64,000 nt of DNA, from assembly GCA_009859145.1 (NCBI GenBank), contig VRVR01000001.1, positions 78,463-142,462 on the forward strand, read 5' to 3'. The stretch comes from Andalucia godoyi And28 (lineage: Eukaryota; Protista; Jakobida). Shown in pieces: positions 1 through 11,368 of the stretch. The notes beneath the pieces were generated by a model. The model did not search any database. It saw nothing but the letters and a program-made list of their open reading frames with translations, and was not told where the DNA came from. Numbering within the stretch: the stretch's first letter is position 1; each line of letters starts with the position of its first letter. Made by a program: the position numbers and the translations under genes.

Positions 1-3000
1 CAGCGACGAGTGCGCTGCAAGATTATGCAGTTCCTTCGGGAGTTTCTTGACCTCCACAAAGGTTGCATCAGAGCCGCTCTGCAGCTCATCGATGTTGATG
101 TTAACCCAGAGTGTCTGCGACCAGTTCTCCACGGTTTCCTTCCATTGGTCGTACTTGTCGTACACCCGCGACAATCGTTTCAACGACGCATCCAAATGGA
201 ACAATTCCGGATACTCGGTGATGGGAAGGTCGAACAACTTCTCTGCAAGAACCAATGTGTCCTTCTCCTTGAGCATGTCTTGCAATTTTTGATTGTAGTC
301 CTTCATCATCTGCAACCCATCATCAAGCAATACACCAGGTCTGCCAGGGCCACTCGTGTCAAAGGCATCCTTCGCAGTCACAACGCGATCTCGGAACTCC
401 TCAACCTGCTTGCGCGTAACCTCTGTGAACTTCCGACGAACGGGTTCGAGCTCTCGCAACTTTGCCTGTGCCTGCTCCACGAGCGACTGGAACTTGGAGC
501 CTAGGGATTGCACCATTTGCATTTCTTCGGGATTGATCTTCAATTTGAACTCGCTGAACGTGTCGTAGGCGTCTTGAACGCGTCGATACTGCAACTCAAC
601 TTCCACAGTGGCATTCATGATGTCCGCAATGCAACCAAGAACAAACTTAAGGTCGTCCAGAACCTGCGGCTGTCTCTTGAGATCTGCAATCCAACGATCC
701 ATTTTTCCATTCAGATCCTCCGCAAGCGTCCGCATGGAATCGCTGTAGTACTTGCCAATGGCCGCGACCCAGTCCAACGCTTCCTTCTCAATTGCTGCCG
801 TGAGCGGCGCGCAATTCACCTGAACAAAGTCAATATTCTTCTCTGGATGGTATGCTGCAACATCGCGACCAAGCTTGGAGTAGTCGTGCATTCGCTTCTC
901 GTAATCTTGCGGATTCGCCTGCTTAAAACCCTTTCCGAACATCTTTTCCAAGGCAGGAACCTTCTCGTGTTTCCACAAGTGCTTGTGCTTTCCCCAGACC
1001 GACAAATACTTCATCACGGCATTGAACGTCCGCGTGATGTCCTTGTTCACTGTGAAACCAAGCTTGATGATCTGGCTGGTCTGCGAAATATCCGAGAAGA
1101 AGGAGTAGACAAAAGGCTCTTCATCCTCATGCTGCTGAGGTTGCACGAGACCGGCAGTGGATTCCAAGCATGTGCAGTCCATCCATCGAACAAAGAGCTT
1201 CGTGCATTCGACAATGTTCTTCATGATCTTGCTTAAATTCTTCGAAATTTCTCCTAATGCAGGAGAAACAACGATGTCCGGGACGCTCAACGTAGCGGTC
1301 ACTCGGAACAACGGTTTTCGGAGAGCGAGGTCTCGGGGTAGCAACATGTGTTGGAAAGTGGACAAAGAGACAAGAATCATTCTCCGAAGGGCCTTGTAGA
1401 TTTTTCTCTCCCAGTATTCGTAATACGGACGCATTTCCTTGCATTTGCCGGTGTCCGAGTTGAAGACAATTTCCTCAATCTTCCGCAGCAAGGGACCAAT
1501 CGTCTGATACTTTCGTACCAACAGATCCACGGTTTCGGTTCTGTACTTGTCCATCAATTCCGCAAACTCTTGCATGTCCAACAACTCCGCACCGGTGTCG
1601 TACTTTGGAACCAGCACGGTGTTGGAGATCTGCATCACAACGGAGTTGATCGTGTTCGCATTTTTCTGGACCTGCTTAATCAGAGCCTGGAATTCGCCAA
1701 TCTTTTTGCTGGTAGACGTGATGAAATCCGGAATACCCAGAGAGTTCCAATTCAGCGTTGTCAAAGAGGGTTTCAAAATATCGGTCAACCTGGTAACCTT
1801 GTCCTTGAGAAGCACTTTCTCAGCCGGCCGCAAGCTGGCCAATGCAACTTTGTGAGCCAGCACGACACTCTTCAAGTTCTCGATGTACCCAAGGTACTTT
1901 TCCTCCTGAAGAGCAACATTCAAAGCGATATCAGGGATGGAAAGTCCCCCAAGACGATCCAGGTACTTTGTCTCCTCAATCAAGGCGCGGAGCATTGGAT
2001 CGAAATTGACGACATATTCGCCATCTCTCTCCACCACCACAGGTCGTTTCAAGCACTGCGTGGCCAGTGACTCTGCACCAGTCACCCAAGACTGAAAATG
2101 CTTTCGCTCGTACTCGCGAACCGTCTCGCCGACATTGATGTACTTCTTCGTCACGGACTTTCCAAGTTCCGAGGACATCATGTCTGGGGCAGTTTGCAGC
2201 TGCAGCATTGTCTTCTTGATCCGATAAAACAGAGACCGAGACCATTGGATTGTGCCCGCAAGAACGGGGATGTTCTTATTTCGCGGTGGATTATCCTTCT
2301 GCGACAAGAACAATTCAAACGTCATGTCGATCTCCTTCTCAAACTGCTCCAGGATATCTGAGAACTTCTCCATCATCTGTTTGTTGATAGAGGCTCTGCT
2401 CTCGATATTCTTGAAATTCTGCAGCAAAGCAAAAGCACCTTCTGCAGATCGAAGCTTCTTGAATGACACATCAATGAACTGCCGAGTCGTCTCTTCGATA
2501 TCCGTCACCGCCTCTCGGAAGGACAGCATGAGATCTTCCCATGATCCGGAAAAGGACCGATCGAACACATCAAACGAAATCGACTCAAAAGGAGCGATCA
2601 GTCCATCCACCTTCATGATAACACCATCAATGGCGGACGATTCGCCCGTAACGGACTTGAGATCGTTATTCAAGATGTTCCGGAAATGCTGCAAAACCTC
2701 GACAATCTCCAGCAAGTCCCCGCACCGATCCGACATATAGGAGGTCCGCTCAAACAAACGCTTGCGATCGAACTCCCACCGTCCGTGACTTCCCGAATTC
2801 TCAATCTTCGCTCGGACGGCCATGTAAGTCTCCTTCCATTTTTCCAATACAGCCTGGCCCTCTTCCACTCTCTTCTTTGCGATGGAAAACTGCTTTCTCA
2901 GAATGGTGCGAAAATCGATGGCAGTTGCAACCTTCTCTGAAATTTCCCACGCAATACGTTCCATGAGCGGGACCATTCGCTCATCCGTGTTGTAATGACG

Positions 3001-4413
3001 CGAAATGATCCAAACCATACGCAATGCGTTCATCATAGACGGAATAGTTTCGTTGATGGTACCAAGGTTGCCAACGGACAGATTCTTAAAGTGGCGCTCC
3101 AGTGTGGTTAGGAACTTCACGTTGTCCTTTGCCTCCATGTACAGTTTGTTGAGTTCGGCATACTGGTCCTTGAAACCGGGAAGCATGGAGGTGTCGCCCT
3201 TCTCGTTTTCAAGAACTTGAATGATCTTCTTCACAGATGGCAAATTGAGCTGTTCATACAGGGCAGAAAACGACGCATTGCGCTCTCGCCAGTACTCAAT
3301 TTCGGCAAGTGGGCCCTTGCCCCGAGGTTTTCGGCCATTCTCAGACTCAACCATGCGAGAGATGGCGTGTGTCCACTCGTGAACCGCCTTGTCCAGCTCC
3401 ATAACCAAATCGGCATCTTCCGCTGCAACTTCTGGGTTCTCAATATGGACGGCCGGAATGCGCAGCCTGACGTCTCCAGTAACCTGTGAAACTGCAGAAT
3501 GCATCTGCGAGGCGAATTTGGAAATATTCGACAAAAATTCGGTGCGCATTGACTCCAAGCCGGAACCTTCGAGCTGGCCGGAGGAGATATCGTACAACGT
3601 AAGTGGTTGCTTCGAGTCTTCCGCCTTCTGATCTGTAATGAAAATGCTTTCAGGGGCTGCAAGGACTGGAAGAAAGACCTCCGTCAGGACTGTAGAAAGC
3701 GTGGCGAGCGGCAAATTCGAAATCACGCCGCGGTCCAACTTCACAGACATGATGGCTTCCTGCTCTTCGTCAGACGCTGCTGTCGCAATTGCTGCGTTTG
3801 AGTTTCGCAAAAAGTAAGAAATGAGAGACACCGAGGAGGCATCAGGGAGGGTACCAAGCGTGAAAAACAACTGGGGAACACGGACGGATACTAGTCGCTT
3901 TTTCGGGGTTGTGTCCTTCTTTGGCGGTTTAGGAGTAGGCACTCTGCTTTCAGATGTATCGTCCTGCGGAGACGCTTCCTCGCCGTTAACATGGGGAGAT
4001 GATTCAGACTCGGCCTGCGGCTGGGAAGCAGGGGATGCGGATTGTGTGCCATTGGCCGCATCGTCGGCGGCAGCAGGCTCTTCAATATGAGCGGAATCTT
4101 GCGGCGACTGCTCATCATGATCTGCAATGACAATCTCGGTTTCGGAAGGCTCTTCCTCTTCGCTGGCCACCGGAGCCTCTTCCGGAACATCCTGCAGCAC
4201 CGAAACATTGGCTTCTTTTCCATGGCAAAGATAGAAGAACGACGCTGGATCTTCAACGACGCCATTCAAATAATCCATGATTCGTGATCGAGTAAACCCA
4301 TTCTCAGAATCAAGCATGTGCCGAAAGCTATGAACCGGAAGCTCCAGCTCTGCACACACAATGGCTTCAAACCAACGCAACCGCGGATCAGACGGCGGAC
4401 CGTTTGGATTCAT
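1..4413 (-). CDS. DNAH10: Axonemal dynein heavy chain, inner arm I1/f-alpha type; 5' part only, the ORF runs off the window start
   Basis: Absent from the ORF track because no stop falls inside the window. Manual translation from the ATG at 4413 gives MNPNGPPSDPRLRWFEAIV...GPLAEIEYWRERNA...EAKDNVKFLTTLERHFKNL...IPSMMNALRMVWIISRHYNTDERMVPLMERIAWEI, typical of DHC_N1 in DNAH10. I translated only down to about 2950; the rest is inferred from the long antisense shadow ORFs. Confidence 0.9.
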   Translation of the reverse strand, partial: MNPNGPPSDPRLRWFEAIVCAELELPVHSFRHMLDSENGFTRSRIMDYLNGVVEDPASFFYLCHGKEANVSVLQDVPEEAPVASEEEEPSETEIVIADHDEQSPQDSAHIEEPAAADDAANGTQSASPASQPQAESESSPHVNGEEASPQDDTSESRVPTPKPPKKDTTPKKRLVSVRVPQLFFTLGTLPDASSVSLISYFLRNSNAAIATAASDEEQEAIMSVKLDRGVISNLPLATLSTVLTEVFLPVLAAPESIFITDQKAEDSKQPLTLYDISSGQLEGSGLESMRTEFLSNISKFASQMHSAVSQVTGDVRLRIPAVHIENPEVAAEDADLVMELDKAVHEWTHAISRMVESENGRKPRGKGPLAEIEYWRERNASFSALYEQLNLPSVKKIIQVLENEKGDTSMLPGFKDQYAELNKLYMEAKDNVKFLTTLERHFKNLSVGNLGTINETIPSMMNALRMVWIISRHYNTDERMVPLMERIAWEISEKVATAIDFRTILRKQFSIAKKRVEEGQAVLEKWKETYMAVRAKIENSGSHGRWEFDRKRLFERTSYMSDRCGDLLEIVEVLQHFRNILNNDLKSVTGESSAIDGVIMKVDGLIAPFESISFDVFDRSFSGSWEDLMLSFREAVTDIEETTRQFIDVSFKKLRSAEGAFALLQNFKNIESRASINKQMMEKFSDILEQFEKEIDMTFELFLSQKDNPPRNKNIPVLAGTIQWSRSLFYRIKKTMLQLQTAPDMMSSELGKSVTKKYINVGETVREYERKHFQSWVTGAESLATQCLKRPVVVERDGEYVVNFDPMLRALIEETKYLDRLGGLSIPDIALNVALQEEKYLGYIENLKSVVLAHKVALASLRPAEKVLLKDKVTRLTDILKPSLTTLNWNSLGIPDFITSTSKKIGEFQALIKQVQKNANTINSVVMQISNTVLVPKYDTGAELLDMQEFAELMDKYRTETVDLLVRKYQTIGPLLRKIEEIVFNSDTGKCKEMRPYYEYWERKIYKALRRMILVSLSTFQHMLLPRDLALRKPLFRVTATLSVPDIVVSPALGEISKNLSKIMKNIVECTKLFVRWMDCTCLESTAGLVQPQQHEDEEPFVYSFFSDISQTSQIIKLGFTVNKDITRTFNAVMKYLSVWGKHKHLWKHEKVPALEKMFGKGFKQANPQDYEKRMHDYSKLGRDVAAYHPEKNIDFVQVNCAPLTAAIEKEALDWVAAIGKYYSDSMRTLAEDLNGKMDRWIADLKRQPQVLDDLKFVLGCIADIMNATVEVELQYRRVQDAYDTFSEFKLKINPEEMQMVQSLGSKFQSLVEQAQAKLRELEPVRRKFTEVTRKQVEEFRDRVVTAKDAFDTSGPGRPGVLLDDGLQMMKDYNQKLQDMLKEKDTLVLAEKLFDLPITEYPELFHLDASLKRLSRVYDKYDQWKETVENWSQTLWVNINIDELQSGSDATFVEVKKLPKELHNLAAHSSL

Positions 4414-5194
4414 TCTTTGTGACTTGCGAGCGAGAGTGAGAGCGAGAGAGTATGTGTGTATATGAAGACGTATGCAAAGACTATGTCAAACACAAGTGTG
4501 AATGCGGGGGGGGGGGGGGAGGAAGTGAGACAAGTGAAGAAAAGTGGCTCTGAAGAAGAGAAAAATAATTTTAAAAAAATTAAAAAATTAAAAAATTAAA
4601 AACATGAATAACAGTAATAAAAATAAATAAATATTCATATTAAAAATAATAAAATAAAAAATAACGAAAGTGAAGGACGCAAACGAATGTCTTTTGGTCT
4701 TTGGGAAAAGATGCGCAGGTTGCATTATGAGGTTTCTTGTGGGTTTGGAAAGGACGAGTCTCAAACCGCCCCCCTCCTATTATTGCTATTATTATATGTT
4801 TTTTGATAGACGGTGGGGGGGTGGGGCGGGGAAACGCTTTCGTGATCGAGAGAATGACATTTTTGGATGACAGGTGCTCGGGAAAAAGTCAGCCTGCTAA
4901 CGTGCAACCATGCGCGGGAAAATGATGCAAAAAAGAAAAAGCATCGATTGCTGAATTGCGGATAGGAAAGAGGGGGCATCTTTTTGCGGCCCGAAAATAT
5001 TTTCTATTTTTTTCCCGTGCTTTCCGCGCTCCCCCTCTCCCCCAATGCTTGATGTCATTTCAGTGTCCGGTTTGCTTTTCCTTTTCCTTTCTATTTATTT
5101 ACTATTTTGGTTTATTATTGTGGGGGATTGTGAATAATAATTTTTTTTTGTTTTGGATTTTTTAGTTGATCAGGATTGGGTTGTTGTGTCAGCG

Positions 5195-6655
5195 ATGTCG
5201 GAGGCTGCAGCTGAGCTGAACATTTCCCTGACAGACATTGTTATTGTCGCGGTTCTTATTTTGATCCCAGTATGGTTTTTCTCCAAGAAGAGCCGCAAGC
5301 CCACGGATCCTCCAGTATGGAATTCGATGGTGCCGATTCTGGGAAATTTGGTTGCGTTTGGAAAGAACCCTGTTGATTTCGTCAAGTGGGGTCGCGCAAA
5401 GTACGGCGATGTGTTTGAAACGAGCATTCTTGGAAAGCGCATGGTGTTCATCACCCACCCAAAGGCGCATGATGTGTTCTTCTCTGCTCGTGATGAAGAA
5501 CTTTCATCCAGGGAGGTGTACCGATTCATCGTCCCTGTATTCGGCAAAGGAATTATCTACGACGCAGACCCATGGCCTGAACTGATGTCAGAGCAACTCA
5601 AGTTTGTGACGACTGGACTGAACAAGAATCGCTTCAAGATCTTCGTTGACATCTTCTCCAAGGAAGCCACGGACTTCTTCACTGCATGGCCCCAGTCTGG
5701 CACCAAGGACATCTTCTCGGAACTCTCAGAACTCATCATTCTGACGGCTTCGCGCTGCTTGTTGGGCCATGAGATCCGAAACAACATCAAGGACAACAAC
5801 TTTTCGGGATTGTACCACGATCTTGAGCAGTCCTTGAACCCGCTGCTTTTCTTCCTGCCCTGGTTGCCGACGTTGTCAGCCCGTACTCGTGACAGCGCGC
5901 GCGCCAAGATTGTTGGCCTGTTCTCTCGAGTCATGGCAGATCGCCGCAAGAACAAGACTGGTGAACAGCATGTGGATTTGCTCCAGTCCCTGCTGGATGC
6001 CAAGTATGCTGAGAAGTACGGTGGACGGCCGTTGACCGATGACGAGATCAGCGGAATTCTGCTCGCGACCTTGTTCGCTGGTCAGCACACCTCCGCCATC
6101 ACGTCCACCTGGACGGCAATCTGCATCATCCACAACAAGGATGTGTACAAGAAGGTCATGGAGGAGCAGCGTGAGGTGCTTGGGCGCCACAAGTCGATGA
6201 CGGAGGAAGCCGTCAATGAGATGGTGTACCTCAAGCGGTGCATGAAGGAGGCTCTCCGATTGTATCCTCCCCTGGTCATGCTCATGCGTTGGGTGAAGAA
6301 GGAGCGCAAGTGCGGTCAATACATCATCCCTGAGAACACCATTCTGACAGTCTCTCCGGCGGCATCCATGGCGCTTGACGAGGTTTATCCAAACCACACG
6401 AAGTTCGATCCAGACCGCTACACCGAGGAGCGCGCAGAGGACAAGAAGTATGACTTTGCGTACATCGGTTTCGGCGGTGGAAAGCACAAATGCCTTGGAG
6501 AGTCCTTTGCATATCTGCAGGTTGCCTCGGTGCTCTCTGTGCTTTTCAACATGTACGAGTTCGAGCCCCTGGATCCGCTTCCCCCCGTTTGCTACGAGTC
6601 ACTCGTGGCTGGACCGAAGCCTCCTTGCCGTGTCAAGTTCAACCGACGCAAGTAG
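5195..6655 (+). CDS. CYP51: Sterol 14-alpha-demethylase (cytochrome P450 family 51)
   Basis: N-terminal TM anchor, I-helix LFAGQHTS, K-helix EALRLYPP, FDPDRY and heme motif FGGGKHKCLGESFAY. First ATG is at 5195. Confidence 0.95.
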   Translation: MSEAAAELNISLTDIVIVAVLILIPVWFFSKKSRKPTDPPVWNSMVPILGNLVAFGKNPVDFVKWGRAKYGDVFETSILGKRMVFITHPKAHDVFFSARDEELSSREVYRFIVPVFGKGIIYDADPWPELMSEQLKFVTTGLNKNRFKIFVDIFSKEATDFFTAWPQSGTKDIFSELSELIILTASRCLLGHEIRNNIKDNNFSGLYHDLEQSLNPLLFFLPWLPTLSARTRDSARAKIVGLFSRVMADRRKNKTGEQHVDLLQSLLDAKYAEKYGGRPLTDDEISGILLATLFAGQHTSAITSTWTAICIIHNKDVYKKVMEEQREVLGRHKSMTEEAVNEMVYLKRCMKEALRLYPPLVMLMRWVKKERKCGQYIIPENTILTVSPAASMALDEVYPNHTKFDPDRYTEERAEDKKYDFAYIGFGGGKHKCLGESFAYLQVASVLSVLFNMYEFEPLDPLPPVCYESLVAGPKPPCRVKFNRRK

Positions 6656-6811
6656 ATGTCCCTTCGGCGTGTCATCTGATAATCGTGCGCTGACGCGGTT
6701 GTTCTGAATGTCGATTTTAAAATTAAAACAAACAGCTCTGTAAAAGTCGTAATTTCTCCCGTCCATCGTGTCTGTCTCGTTTGCTCCAACGGACAGTGAA
6801 TTGAATTCTTG

Positions 6812-6812
<1 letters not shown>

Positions 6813-6897
<85 letters not shown>

Positions 6898-6963
6898 TCT
6901 CCCTCTCTCCCTCTCTCCCTCTCTCCCTCTCTCCCTCTCTCCCTCACACACACACACACACAC
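6813..6963. repeat. Compound microsatellite (CT)n-(CCCTCTCT)n-(CA)n
   Basis: Directly visible in the convergent spacer between CYP51 and ITPK1. Confidence 0.97.
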
Positions 6964-6999
6964 ATTTTCCCGGCCTTTTTACCTTTTCTTTTTTCTCGC

Positions 7000-8119
7000 T
7001 CACAGGGGACGTCCGCGTCTTCTCGTTGCGATCAGCTGAGATGTGAATTCGAGTAGAACAGCGTAAATGTTTGGCGTTTTCTTGTAGCTTGGAAAATAGT
7101 TGACATCCACGACCAGATATTGCTGCTCAGGATCCGTGGGGTCTGAGGCTGCCGATGCATCTCTTGATGGGATCAAGACGTCAAATCCAAACAGATGAAG
7201 ACCGAATGCAGAGTGAATGGACTTGGCTATGTCTGCGAACACTGCAAGCAGAGCAGCATCGACGACCGGATTGGACAGGTCTGCAACATTCGCAAGAAGG
7301 TCTGGAAACTCATGTTGGCTGTTGAAGCAGGTGCATATGCTTTCCGACTGCTGCAGATCTCGAATGGACCTTCTCGTGTTCGCCCAAACATGGTCGTGGA
7401 CAACATACACCTTGTACACAATGCCACCGTGGTTCACAAACTCCTGCACCACAAACGGGACCGTCAATGCACAAGCCTCCAACTGCGGCTCTGTGGACAG
7501 AATTACAAAATCGTGCGTGTCGGATCGTCCACACGCAATCTCGGACTTTACAAGCAGCGGAAACCGCATTCCGAGTTTCGTTCGCAACTGGACTGCGTCT
7601 GCTCCAGAAGAAGCGGTAAAACAACGAGGAATATGAACCCTTTCCTTTCCACGGAATGCATTTTCCAGTTTCTCATACATCACGGATCGATGGAGACAGT
7701 GAGCAATGCACGCTGGATCATCCAATAGCACCGCGTTTGGAAACCTCTCCAAAATACGATTAAACGCCTGGATGCATTCCTTGGACTTTGGATCATCCAC
7801 GGAGGCCATAAAGTCGGTGATCTTATGCACAAGAACATCAATATCATGGGGAACCTCTAACGACAAGTGGTTCAAATCAAAGACAACGTGCTGCACCCCT
7901 CGAGAACTACGATTATTTCCACATTTGAAGAAGCAGTGAGAATAAAAACAATAATGGGAAAACGTTGTTGGCAAACTCGTCTGAAACCCGTTTGAAAACC
8001 AAGAAGAAGAAAAGCCATACATACGTTAGAAAATCAGAAAACGGCTCTAAAAAATTCTTTGATTTCTTTGGATTCATTGCAAAGCCTATCCGAACATTGG
8101 GTGCTGCTCCTGCTGACAT
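7000..8119 (-). CDS. ITPK1: Inositol 1,3,4-trisphosphate 5/6-kinase (ATP-grasp), two exons
   Basis: Exon 1 MSAGAAPNVRIGFAMNPKKSK...DFLT ends at a GTATGT donor near 8025, and the acceptor near 7900 resumes at SRGVQHVVFDL. Motifs: VLVHKITD, FPLLVKSEIACG..THDF, VVQEFVNHGGIVYKVYVV, LHLFGFDVL, VVDVNYFPSY. Confidence 0.92.
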
Positions 8120-8269
8120 TTGGGTGTTACGAATCTAGTAAGCACGGCGACGACATCCCACAATAAACAACAACTCGGAAAACCGAAAGCACAGCGCTCG
8201 GACAGTCCTGAACTCACACGGTTGCTCGTTTCGTGTAGTATGAACCATCAAACAATATCATACCGGAAG

Positions 8270-8862
8270 TTTGAGTTTTTCCAAACTCCTTTGGGGTACG
8301 CGATGTGTTCCTACCGTAGTCAAGTCCAGAATTTTCTTCGTTTTTCACGTTTTTCTTCATTCTGTGTTTTTCTGTTTGGTTGTTTATTATAATCGAACCC
8401 TTAAGCAGCATCTTTCATCAAAAGACAAAGATAAAACATCGCATGGCTCCGAAGAGAGATCTTCCCGACAAGCTCAAACCGGCCATGCCTGAAGATACCT
8501 AGAACCAAGAAACCTGTTGATCCCCTTCTCGTCGCAACATGCTGAGCAAAGCGGATGACCATTAAATCACGGAGATGTGGTCGATTGCGTTCGGAATGCG
8601 CCTTTCAAGTCAGAGGACAAGAAGGAACAAAGGAAAATGCGTCAGCAGGCGCAATGTGTCCCACCGCCGACCACATTCCGTTTCCTCCAATATTCATTTT
8701 TTGAATGTTGAATCGATTGGGGAATGTGTTGGTTGCGATGATCCTTTGATGCAGAGTTGGTGCTCGCCTCAAATATAAAAACAAAAAAACATGTGGCTTG
8801 GATCGGTCTTCGGAGACAGCTTCGCCGATGATGATCAATAATGATTCATGTTTTGGCGAGCG
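8270..8862 (+). mobile_element. Decayed Fanzor/TnpB-type element, family B copy 1
   Basis: Colinear with the reverse complement of 52747-53200. Frames give FQTPLG, SYRSQ, RTLKQHL..KRDLP..KPAMPED.*NQ, VDP, RC.RLRSE and KKEQRKMRQQA. The last about 30 nt (gatcaataatgattcatgttttggcgagcg) are identical to copy 2, and then the two diverge sharply. Confidence 0.7.
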
Positions 8863-8934
8863 AAAACGTAGGATTTTTTCCCTTCTCACTTTGGGAAGTC
8901 TCGTCGGTTGCATCTTTCATGGAGGCTGTGTCGA

Positions 8935-9488
8935 CGCCTACACTATGCACTGAACATGCATATTCAGTCTTGCATCCCCGTTGCCGGGAAGGGGATAGGC
9001 CCCCAACACGCCTCACGGCGCTCTTCAGATAGATGTTCCGCGCTGCATTCCCAATCTCGATCAATCGGTGAGCCGCTTTCTCAGCGTGACACGTTGCTCC
9101 TGAGAAGGGTGCATTTTTGATTCTGACGGCCCTAGCAGTAGCTGTAGTGACACGTGGTCTCTTAGTAGGTCTGCGGGACCTCGGAGGCCCTGTATCGAGC
9201 GGCGTAGGCGTAGGCGTAGGCGAATGCGTCATCCCAGCGCACTCTCGCCCATATTTGAATAAAAAAGTGAAACCAAAAAAAAAGTGAAACCAACGAATGA
9301 TAGAATAGATGGCTACGGATGCTGCGTTAAATAGTGTCGAAAATGCAGAGCCTGTGTCACCGGCTGGATTCTGGCCGAGCGTGCGTAAGCACGAATTCCC
9401 TGTGAAGCAAAACGTGCTAGTGTCGGCCTGTTTTGACCGTGTCTGTGCTTCCGTGTGCATGACAATGACGTGCTATTATTATTCAACG
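8935..9488 (-). mobile_element. Internally deleted IS607/Fanzor2 element, family A copy 1
   Basis: Roughly 90% identical by eye to 20790-21426. On the minus strand: TnpA-like AYARS and DTGS, an ATG at 9232 (MTHSPTPTP..RRPTKRPRV), HTH motif ARAVRIK/MHP.QEQRVTLRK.L joined directly to IDRDW/NAARNIYLK, then a structured 3' tail ending tgtaggcg. Confidence 0.85.
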
Positions 9489-9709
9489 GTTATTCCCAGA
9501 AAACACCCCATCTCGGATATGCGTCGTGATGACCTTGGTTTTCTTTTTGGAGTTTTATTTTTTGTTTTTGACAATATTATTTTTTCTTTTTTTTAATTTA
9601 AAATTTAAAAAAGGAAAAAGAAATCGAGAAGAAGAGGCTGATATATATACAGAACAGACACAAAGGGTAGAATCGCATTTTCTGATTATATATATTTTTG
9701 GTTTGGCCG

Positions 9710-11368
9710 ATGAGTGCCCGTCGATCTGGGAGTTCTTCCCATCGATCTGTGGGATCGACCAACGATTTCGGAATGGACGACTACGACAACCGTATTTTAA
9801 CGGACTTGATTCAGGAATCCGAGTCGCACGAGAATGAACTGACAAACAAGCTGGGTGGCGCAGACGCGTTTTCTGCGGTCCATGCATTCCACCGAAATGT
9901 CTCACGCTCGGAAAAGAAGATTGAGAAAATGCGTGTTCTGACAGATATCGAGCGAAGGGCTTCGGCACATGGCTCGCAGCCTCCTTCCGATCGCAGCCAT
10001 TATCATCAGCAACAGGCAATGATGAAGTCCGCATCCACTGCGCTTTCAAGGAGGGACTTGATTGAAGAGTCGAAACAGCGTGCGCGCGGGAATATGCTTC
10101 AGTATGTGCAATCCATGACTGTTGAGGAAGTGAAGATTGGGTCACAAAAGGAAAAGGAAGAGATTATCCGGAAGTTTGAGCTGGAAATCGCAGAATTAAG
10201 ACACCAGCGAGACGAGGCGGTTCGGCAAGCGACGGACGGCTTCGAAGCGGTGTCTGCACTTCAGGAGGAAATCGGGTCGCTCAAATACACTACGGATCTG
10301 CTCAGGAAGAAGGTGCAAAAAATGGGAGAGCGCGAAGTCGAAAACCAACGAAAACTTGCTGCGTTTCAGCATTTGGAGCCGATTTTCGACAAGCTCTCTG
10401 ATGAGTTTCAGTTTTCCTCGCCAGAACAAATCTTGAAGAAAATCGAAAAGCTAAAGGAAGCACAAGTAGAATTGTACAGCCAATATTCAGAGGCCGTGGA
10501 ATCCAAGGGGGAAATGGAAAAGAAGATGGATCGTATTAAACGCGACACTGAAGGAAGGCTTCAGAAGCAGCTGAATGAAGCATTTGATGCACGCACAAGA
10601 GCCGAGCGGAAATTGAACGAAGCAGAATCGCGCATTAATGAGCTTCAGTCCCAAGTTCGAAAACTCAGCGATATGCGAGAAACGTACCTCACGGTTAACT
10701 CGTCGATCATGGATCTCTGGAATAAGTGGTCCGGTGAGGCAACAAGCAAGCTGGGCAACTCTGCCGGTATCGAGGACCCGGACATGTCGAATCCATTGAT
10801 GATCATTGTGTCTCTTCATAATTTATTGATTGAATTCACACCGTCCCGCGCTGGCGAGTCGTTTCGTGAGCTCTCCGGAATCGCTAATCGCTATTGGATG
10901 CGATACTTTTCCGACGATTTTGAGCTCAAAGGACACTCGAAGCAAATCTTGGAGAGGCTTGCGGCGATGGCGGATGAGAAGGCTGCGGAGGTTGAGAAGT
11001 GCCACAAGCACATTGCGGCATTGCAGGAAGATTCGAAATTGTTCATGGATAAGATTCATCGTCTCGAGGTGGAAAAGCGACAGCTCATTGCCGAACTGGA
11101 CTCTGCGAAGCCGCATCGTGCAGGGTCCATGGCAGGGTCGCGACCAGGCACTTCCAATACGATGTCGAGACCTGTGTCCAGATCATCAACCATATCCGCT
11201 GGAAGACACCGGCCCCGACCTCCGTCGGTAAAGTCAGGTGGTGCCACTGTTGGCTTCCCCTCGGGAGACGAGAGTCCCACACACGTGAAAGGACACAGTA
11301 CGCAAGCGAAGACCCTGACACAGGAAAATGCGCGTTCGTTTTTCCTGACACAGGCAATGAGAGAGTAG
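9710..11368 (+). CDS. Coiled-coil protein, possibly CCDC42/CFAP73 (DUF4200)-like
   Basis: Long ORF with extended heptad character. KLAAFQHLEPIFDKLSDEFQFSSPEQILKKIEKLKEAQ resembles DUF4200, but the family call is tentative. Confidence 0.6.
   Translation: MSARRSGSSSHRSVGSTNDFGMDDYDNRILTDLIQESESHENELTNKLGGADAFSAVHAFHRNVSRSEKKIEKMRVLTDIERRASAHGSQPPSDRSHYHQQQAMMKSASTALSRRDLIEESKQRARGNMLQYVQSMTVEEVKIGSQKEKEEIIRKFELEIAELRHQRDEAVRQATDGFEAVSALQEEIGSLKYTTDLLRKKVQKMGEREVENQRKLAAFQHLEPIFDKLSDEFQFSSPEQILKKIEKLKEAQVELYSQYSEAVESKGEMEKKMDRIKRDTEGRLQKQLNEAFDARTRAERKLNEAESRINELQSQVRKLSDMRETYLTVNSSIMDLWNKWSGEATSKLGNSAGIEDPDMSNPLMIIVSLHNLLIEFTPSRAGESFRELSGIANRYWMRYFSDDFELKGHSKQILERLAAMADEKAAEVEKCHKHIAALQEDSKLFMDKIHRLEVEKRQLIAELDSAKPHRAGSMAGSRPGTSNTMSRPVSRSSTISAGRHRPRPPSVKSGGATVGFPSGDESPTHVKGHSTQAKTLTQENARSFFLTQAMRE

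Noticed and set aside
10-3801. Long plus-strand ORFs (10-504, 508-1236, 1348-2070 and others)
   Set aside because: They are antisense shadows of the DNAH10 coding frame, with no recognisable protein features.
4670-4900. Weak Fanzor-like fragments (FGK/DA, CAGC, DREN)
   Set aside because: The motifs are too short and not convincingly ordered, and there is no sister copy. Left unresolved.
6592-7046. ORFs made of RE/SL repeats
   Set aside because: Translations of the CT/GA microsatellite.
8846-9460. 204-aa minus-strand ORF
   Set aside because: Chance read-through of element A1 (TnpA scar, Fanzor ends, RNA tail, flank). The frame is broken in sister copy A2.
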